The notes under the pieces: generated by a model
What the model was told of the DNA's origin: nothing
What the model saw: only the letters and a program-made list of their open reading frames with translations
The model's database searches: none
Shown: piece after piece, positions 56,507 to 64,000 of the stretch
Layout of the letters: every line of letters begins with the position of its first letter
How positions within the stretch are numbered: the first letter of the stretch is position 1
Source of the DNA: Eledone cirrhosa
Taxonomy: Eukaryota
Length of the DNA stretch: 64,000 nucleotides
Reading direction: 5' to 3'
Assembly: GCA_964016885.1 (NCBI GenBank)
Contig: OZ024740.1
Coordinates: forward strand, 153,884,001 to 153,948,000
Position numbers and translations under genes: made by a program

Positions 56507-58635
56507 CTATCCGTTAGGGTATAAAGTGGGGCTGTAATACAGGAAAGTTTTGTGCAATTTATGTTTACAAGCCGAAATTGCCTCAGATTTTTGGTTTAAG
56601 ATGTGGTCATTGGCGTAGAGTATTTCCAGGGCCTCAGCGGCGCAGAGGTCACATGCTCTTTTATTTCCGTTATACGATCTAGCCCTAGCTAGGATCTCCC
56701 AGTGTAACTTATATTGGGTGTGGTTGTCTTTTAGGCTCCAGATATAAGCTGAAAGTGACGTCATATTCCTTCTTAGATGGTAACGAAAAGAATGGGTATG
56801 CATGTAAACGCACTGCTTGAATCTATTGGCGGTTAACCCTATGTAGGCCCTACGGGACGTGGGTGTTTCAACCTTACATTTGTAGACAATGTTACTAGAG
56901 AGGCATTTCCCGGATAGGGGGCAATCAACCCGATTCCTACAATTACAGTTAGTACTAACTACAGGGCTGCACGTGTTCCTACGGCTAGGTAGTTTAGCTA
57001 AATTTGAAGCTGTGATGTTATGTGCAAGGTTAGGAGTCGTAGAGTAAGAAATTTTAATAGTATTTCTATTAAAAATGTTACTATATTTATGTGTAGGGGG
57101 AAATGCTACATAATAAGGGAAAGAAAGATCTTAGCTAATGGTGTGGCCACCTCCATATTATATGGTGGGTTATACCAACAAATGCGACGGGATCTATTTC
57201 TTCTAGGTCTATTTTCGTACTCTGTATATGCTACCTTATCGACAAATCCACTCCGAGCAAGAGCTCCATTCTAATAAGTGGAGTGGTCGTTGAAAATATG
57301 CTCGTTAGTAGATAGACGGGAAAGCCTCAACGAAACGTTTCTTACCAGGTTCTTGGTTATGCTGGCAGGATGGTTGGAATGCTTACTTATGTAATTAAGC
57401 GTATCATTCGGCTTTCTATACGGGTAATACAACCCATTCGATAAATTGAGGGTAACGTCGAGGTAATTAACGACCGAGAGATTGGCCTCAACCTGTATAG
57501 AGAGGTGGAAGCCTTTAAAGAAGGCTGTGAGTTCTTTTTTGAACCTGTCGCAAGCACGAGGTCCGCACTTAGTCATGGTCAAAAGACCATCATCACGGTA
57601 CAAACCACCGCCCGCGTTGGGAAATTCGTCCTTGATAGAGAAAAGAAGGAAAAGGCCGATAAGATCAGTAACCTCCGCAGAATCACTGGCGCCCATACTC
57701 ACGTCTAATGGGGTACTATTGGATTTTTTAATCCAAATAGAGTCGTCGAAATTAATCACCGACTTACGGGCATTGAGGATGACATCAACTTCGAAATCCT
57801 TAACCACTGTGAGTGTTTTAGCGAAATTGATAGCTCTAAGGAGAAGTGGTAAAGTGATGGAGGAGTAGTAATTGTTGATGTCGAATTGGATAAAACAGCA
57901 ATGTTCCTTGTTTCATATGCTGTTGAACCAATCAATCACCGCGAAAGAATTGTTCCACAGTGCAAGAGGGGCCAAACTTCTAATTTCAGGTATAATTCTA
58001 TCAAGAATCCTTTTACTAAGTCTACCTAAATCGGACTTCGTAGGGTTAATAAGCCGAATAGAGGGGTTGTTCGGAAAATTGGATTTGTGATCCTTCAGGG
58101 TAAAGTGGGGAGAAATAGGGTCCAGAGGTTCGGTCCGGTCCAGGATGTTGAGATCAGAGGTGATTTTAAACCCAGCATCGTTGATTTCATTGATGACGCA
58201 CCGATTAGTTCTACGGTAATCCTTAGTTACAGCATTATGTAGTAGTAGATGGTAAGTACTGCGCTCCACTTAATATAGGTTGCCAGTTTTGTCGGAATGG
58301 ACGTGCACGGCATTAGAATCCTTAATATAACGAATTCTATTCTTCAGGTCCTGCTGGAAGGAATTGCTCCTATTCCGAAATTTGATACTCCGTATGAGTT
58401 CCAAGACATCATTTTCGAAGGGTAGCAATGCTGGGTTACACGGGGGGTTATTATAGGTTTTAAACCCAAATTTATCCTGTTTGTTGTCTGCTTTACGCGG
58501 ATTATCGAAATAAAAGGCACGCCAACGCAACCTTTTAATGAACGCGTCTGTTTTCTGTATCAGGAGTTTTAAGTATGTTTTCCTGCTTGGTACGGGTATG
58601 TTCTTTGTAGAAATATTCAGATGTTGTTTCTGCAT
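56507..58635 (-). pseudogene. Penelope-type RT plus GIY-YIG endonuclease polyprotein (three in-frame stops, at least one frameshift)
   Basis: STKNIPVPS...KRLRWRAFYF; SDKTGNLY; TLKDHK.NF...RLINPTKSDLGRLSK; FIQFDINNYYSSI; MGASDSAEV; LYRDDGL; NYLDVTL; CNCRNRVDCPLSGKC; AYIG; CDLCAAE. Confidence 0.93.
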
Positions 58636-58673
58636 GATGAATATAAGTCAATAGAGTGCTCAACATATATATG

Positions 58674-58745
<72 letters not shown>

Positions 58746-58754
58746 GATATGTAT

Positions 58755-58785
<31 letters not shown>

Positions 58786-58791
58786 CACTGA

Positions 58792-58877
<86 letters not shown>

Positions 58878-59959
58878 TCCCTCTAATGTCGTTCTCTGTA
58901 TAATAATAAAAGAAAATACTTCGACAGAACTGACATTCATTTATGCTTGGAGTAGCTGAACACCAGGAGCTTTTCATATATACATACACACATACATACA
59001 TGTGTGTATACCTGAGTATTTGTATACACATACATTTGAATATATATGTGTGTGTTCGTGTGTACGTATGAATACGTATATGTATATATATATATATATA
59101 TACATATGTATATATGTATATATATATATATATATATACATATGTATATATGTATATATATACATATATACACATATATATGTATGTACGTACGAAACAT
59201 TTGTGTGAATATACGCATACATTCATATACATTGGGACAAATGTATGTATTTATGTGTATGTAGTTATGTGGTTTTCTATATATCTGATTGTATTTGTCT
59301 ATGAACGCGCGTTTCGTTTGTAAATGAGAGAAAAATATGAATGAAATAAAATAAAGTAAAGAAGATGGCATATTACTATAAAGATAAAATACACCGTCTA
59401 ACGTAAAGCAATAAATACAGCAATAGATAAACAAACAAACAAATCCCAAAACACATTACTTGAAATTTATGTAAAAATAAAATTCTTATCAATTAGGAGA
59501 AAGTTGTTATAGTTGAGGTTCGATTTTTTTTTGTTCTTTTTGTTGATTTTTTTAATGCCCATATTTTTAACACATAACTTTCACTGTGTAATTTTAGGTT
59601 TGATATTGATGGTGTAAGTGTTAGAATGTAGAGCTAACTCTATATATTGCAGAAATGTTGGCACTTGTAATGTAGTCTATACTTTATTGAGAAACTCTAA
59701 TAATTATTAACCTAGGCACACGCCTCTCCCGATTAAATCGACACCAGTACTTTATTAGTGTCAAGGTACCTTTAAAATGTCCTGATTTCGATCCCCGAAA
59801 CAGGCGGCTCGTTATGTCCTTGTGGTTATTTCTTTATACGTAGAAATATGATTTTGTGACTATTAGACTATTATTTTATTACTAAAGGTTTTGCATCTAG
59901 ACATTTTCCCTCAGAAGCACAAAACTCAGGCAATGTGTTTTTGTGGAAGACCAGCAGTC

Positions 59960-60185
59960 ACCCCATGCAAACGAGTCTCCCCTCTCCACGTCAACGGATG
60001 ATACTCAACTTGGCACCAAAGACGTTGCAACTCATTTCTCCAGCTGAGACACTGCAGAACCGTTAATTAATAAAATGTCTTACTCAAGAACACTGTGCAC
60101 CACCCTGCCACCCTGCCTAGGTATCGAACTTCCAACTTCACGATTGCGAATCTAGTGCTTTAACCACTAAACCACTCGCCTTCAC
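59960..60185 (-). mobile_element. SINE family 2 copy (diverged)
   Basis: ctttaaccactaaaccactcgccttca head and tcatttctccagctgag core. Confidence 0.65.
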
Positions 60186-60197
60186 ATTACCATGCCC

Positions 60198-60607
60198 TGC
60201 GACATAGAGTTACGGCCCTTTGCGTTCTGAGTTCAAATCTCGTCGAGGTTAACTTTGCCTTTCATCCTAACTAGTCGATAAATATAGTACCAGTAATGCA
60301 CTGGAGTCGATTTAATCGACGTTCTTCTCCCCTTCAAATTCTTGGCCTGGTGTCTAAAGTAGAAACAATCATATTAGTATTACATTGCTTCATATAAAGG
60401 GCGGTGGATTGGCAATATCGGAAAAGGGTCGGAGCATGCCTTTCAACATAGAGTTACGTCCCTTTACAGTCTGAGTTCAAATCCCACCTTTCATCCTTAC
60501 GGAGTCGATAAAATAAAGCACCAGTAACCTACTGGAGTCGATTTAATCGACTTTCCCTTCCCCACCCTAAATTACTGGCCTTGTGCCTATACTAGAAATC
60601 ATTATAT
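60198..60607 (+). mobile_element. two tandem tRNA-derived SINE copies
   Basis: Same box B, core and tail as 15991-16232. Confidence 0.85.
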
Positions 60608-61215
60608 TGCTTCATATTCTATGACTATTAAATTATTACACAATACCTAGTATCCATTGCATGCATTCGCAGTGATGTGAATTGAGCGTGTGGCAAATAA
60701 GTATGTAAGCCGCATAAACACATCGCCGCACAGCACCACACAGCAAGTCTTGGCTTATTGATTTCTATTTTATCCACAAGAACCCGAATATTAGTAGAAA
60801 GGAATATTCGATTATATTGACCCAATAACTTGATTGTTTCTTTATTTCATTGATTCCGAAGGGAGGAAAGTTAATGGTAAATGGTGCGATTTCAAGTCTG
60901 AACGTAAAAAGCCGCCATGTGGGTATTAAATTGTTGACCTTTTAGCAGGTAAAGTATCAGAGTGATATATGGCCAGCTGCAGCTCAGTCTAGCCAGCAGA
61001 CAAATGTTAACCTATTACAAGATTCTGCTGAGACATATTAGAGAAATGGTGATTATACAGTTCAGACATAAGGAGACCATAAGCGTTCTATCTATGTCAG
61101 GATGATGTCGGTATGTATATACCAATGTATATATATGAAAATACACAGCTTACACACACACAGACACACAGACAGACACACAGACAGACACACAGACAGA
61201 CACACAGACAGACAG

Positions 61216-61326
<111 letters not shown>

Positions 61327-61558
61327 TATATATATAAATATATCTGTGTGTCTGTGTATAGTTCATATTCTCTGTTTCTTAAATGTCGAAATAAAGATCA
61401 AACGATTGAAATACGCAATAATGAAGAACTCGACCAGAAATCCAAATAAATAGTGAGTCGCCGTAACAAGTACGCATCATGCATTGTCTTCTCTCTTCTG
61501 TCTTTCTCAGTTTCTATCTTTCTTTACCCTTTCTTTGCTTCTCTCTCCCTCATTCTCC

Positions 61559-61623
<65 letters not shown>

Positions 61624-61659
61624 ACTCTCGCTCTCTCTTTCTTTCTCTCCCTGTATATT

Positions 61660-61694
<35 letters not shown>

Positions 61695-62483
61695 TTCTCG
61701 TGGATTTGTTTAGGTTTCGTGGTGTGAAGAATCGTAGGAGTCTAGTCTCAACATCCCTTTTAACAGAAATTGCGAAGGGTTGAGCGGGGGCGTAGCAGAA
61801 ACACATAGAAATAACTCATATGAAACTAGAACCCTAAACAATAAAAACATGTGGGTTGTAAGCACATTCGCATCATTTGACCGACACTTTTGTGCAAATT
61901 TAGTGCAATTTACATTACAGGTGGCAGAGGGAGCCTTTGGAAATTGACGGGTGCTTCGTTAATCTTTTGGAGATGAGTTCAAGATTTATTGTGGATTTTA
62001 AAAATTATTAGTTAGGTTTGGAGGAAGTAGCATTGCCAATGAGCTTTGCTGACGTAATTAATGTGCCGCTTATGCTTAAGCAAATCGACGATTACTGTAA
62101 ACATGTGTAACGAAGGAATTCCATGAAACTGACGCTCTGAAAAAAAATGGACTGGGTGGGTTCTACTTGATAAATCCGAGTATGGTCAATTTAATAACTA
62201 GCAGTATTGTTTGAGAGTTAACGGAGGAGCATATATGCGACCGGTTTCCTGTTAAAAATCTCGCTCAAATCCCACCACAGCATCTTAAGAGAAAGGCTAA
62301 GTTATATAAAGTGCTCTTAGATACTCTTATAAAGACTGGATGATTAAGGCTTAAATATATCTAATCACAGGTCTTCTAGAAACAAATTATTTTACTCGAC
62401 TATCATAACTCCTTAATGTGATCACTTGACTTGCTAGAATTAGCAGTTCGATCAAGGTTCATCTGGACCAACACAACAGTAAT

Positions 62484-62663
62484 AATTGTTTCTACTTTTG
62501 GCACAAGGTCAGCAATTGCCCAGTGCATTAATAGTACTTTATTTTATCGACCCCGTAAGGATGAAAGGCAAAGTTAATCTCGGCGGGATTTGAACTAAGA
62601 ATGGCAAGGGTCGTAACTCTATGCGTCAAAGCATGGCGTCCGACCCTCTACCGATACTGCCAA
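62484..62663 (-). mobile_element. tRNA-derived SINE with an 18 bp target-site duplication
   Basis: caacacaacagtaataat at 62469-62486 and 62692-62709. Confidence 0.88.
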
Positions 62664-62797
62664 CGAAAAACAACATTGTTTGCTGTTATTACAACACAAC
62701 AGTAATAATAACAGCAAACAATGTTGTTTTTCGATTCAATCGACAATTACTTAATCCCTTTAAATGTTTGGCTGTTTACGAAAATTAAATATTATTT

Positions 62798-62832
62798 ATT
62801 AGCAGACGTACCCGTGCCTAGCAGAGTTAATT
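62798..62832 (-). mobile_element. degenerate Helitron 3' terminus
   Basis: Minus-strand ACTCTGCTAGGCACGGGT ACGTCTG CTAA resembles the 45970 terminus. Confidence 0.45.
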
Positions 62833-64000
62833 AAGACCAAGAATAAATAGAGTCGCAGGAATATATTGTGGATAAATTGCTTTTAAATTATGTTAATAGT
62901 CTTAGTTTGTCTGGGAATGTTGATTAATTCAGTCGATATCGAGACGAAATTTCAGACTGACTTTTACAAAATATAGAATATAAAATAAAATTTTACTTTT
63001 ACATTTTTCAATTTTCTCAGAAAATAATTAATTTAGTTAATTATATGAATTAATACAATATTTTTCCTTTTATATAATTAGTTTAAATAAATTATTTTTC
63101 TAATTAGTAACTTCCAGTGTCTATTGTCTTCCTTGGGGTGTTTTCTGTCTGGAGTTAAAAAGAACGAATACCAGAAAAAAGGTCACAGTTCATAGCCTTC
63201 TTCTGTAAGAGATGTGCACCTAGGCAAACCTTCAACTACTAAGGAGCAAAACTGTGACCAACAATGTGTAGCATATATACATTCAGTTTTATATATTAAG
63301 ATATTAGTTAAATCGTTATAGAAATAGGGAATAGAAAGAGCCCTTCACTCCTGATGGAGTTGTAGGGGCGTCCTTCTGACACTCAGTCTTTTTAAAGCAT
63401 TTTAAACCTGGCAAAGCCCACCTCCTTCCAGCCGATTTCTTCTAAAGAAGGAGAAATGAACAGAAGTATCGCTCCCAGTCTTGAAATTATACGTTATTTA
63501 ACGACCTCGAAATGATGAAAAGCAAAGTTTACTTCGGTGAGGTAAGAACTCAGAGCGCCGAGAGACAATATCGACTCTTCCAATACGCCGGATATGTGTG
63601 TAAAAAGAAAATAGAGCCCTGAATAATCGCATCATATGGCACCGGATATACAAAACAAATGTATGATATATATAGTATTACACAAACGTTGTCAATACGT
63701 AAAAGTTATTTATTTATATTACTTGTAAAAAGATTTATTTATTTTCATTTCTCTTCTAACTCTTTGTAAAATGGCGGATATGAGTCGTTTGATAATTTCT
63801 TTCGATGCCATTAAAATGTAATCCACACATATCTCTTATTCTTCTCATATGGTTGCTGACTTGGAAGTTGTTGCAGCAGTTTATATTTCTTAGATTATTT
63901 TCACTAGTAGTAGTTGATATTCTAAACTATATCCCTAAATAACCACAGTTATATTTTTATTATTTTATTTTTTTTATTGGTTTCAGTCATTGGATGCAAT

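Noticed and set aside
57913-57915. In-frame TGA as selenocysteine (reported for some Naiad elements)
   Set aside because: It is not at a conserved Cys position, the other stops are TAA and TAG, and the CNC cysteines use TGT/TGC. Ordinary decay is more likely.
59295-59330. Minus-strand GAAACGCGCGTT resembling a hammerhead 3' half
   Set aside because: No CUGANGA-like partner was found, and it is a single occurrence.
61905-61965. Possible splice acceptor ttacattacag|GTGG
   Set aside because: No supported donor or open exon frame follows.

Overview
This is AT-rich, repeat-saturated eukaryotic DNA. The SINE types and very high microsatellite load suggest a cephalopod such as Octopus, but this is an inference. 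I could not support any intact host gene, and most long ORFs in the track are microsatellite read-throughs. The window is a graveyard of mobile elements: three copies of a Tx1/L1-like LINE all embedded in (TATC)n; at least five Penelope-like elements of the Naiad type (one near full length); a decayed autonomous Helitron and non-autonomous Helitrons; hAT transposase remnants; R4/Dong-like, CRE-like and RTE-like LINE fragments; and many tRNA-derived SINEs. The most notable unannotated layer is about 16 type I hammerhead-ribozyme motifs from roughly ten sequence families, found by eye. They sit at Penelope 3' ends and in short non-coding fold-back elements flanked by (TA)n. Many have non-canonical cores: compensatory U3-A8, U4C or U4A, an extra nucleotide after A9, or a mismatched 10.1-11.1 pair. 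Many also have minimal palindromic helix III. Repeat boundaries are approximate, and self-cleavage is predicted, not shown.
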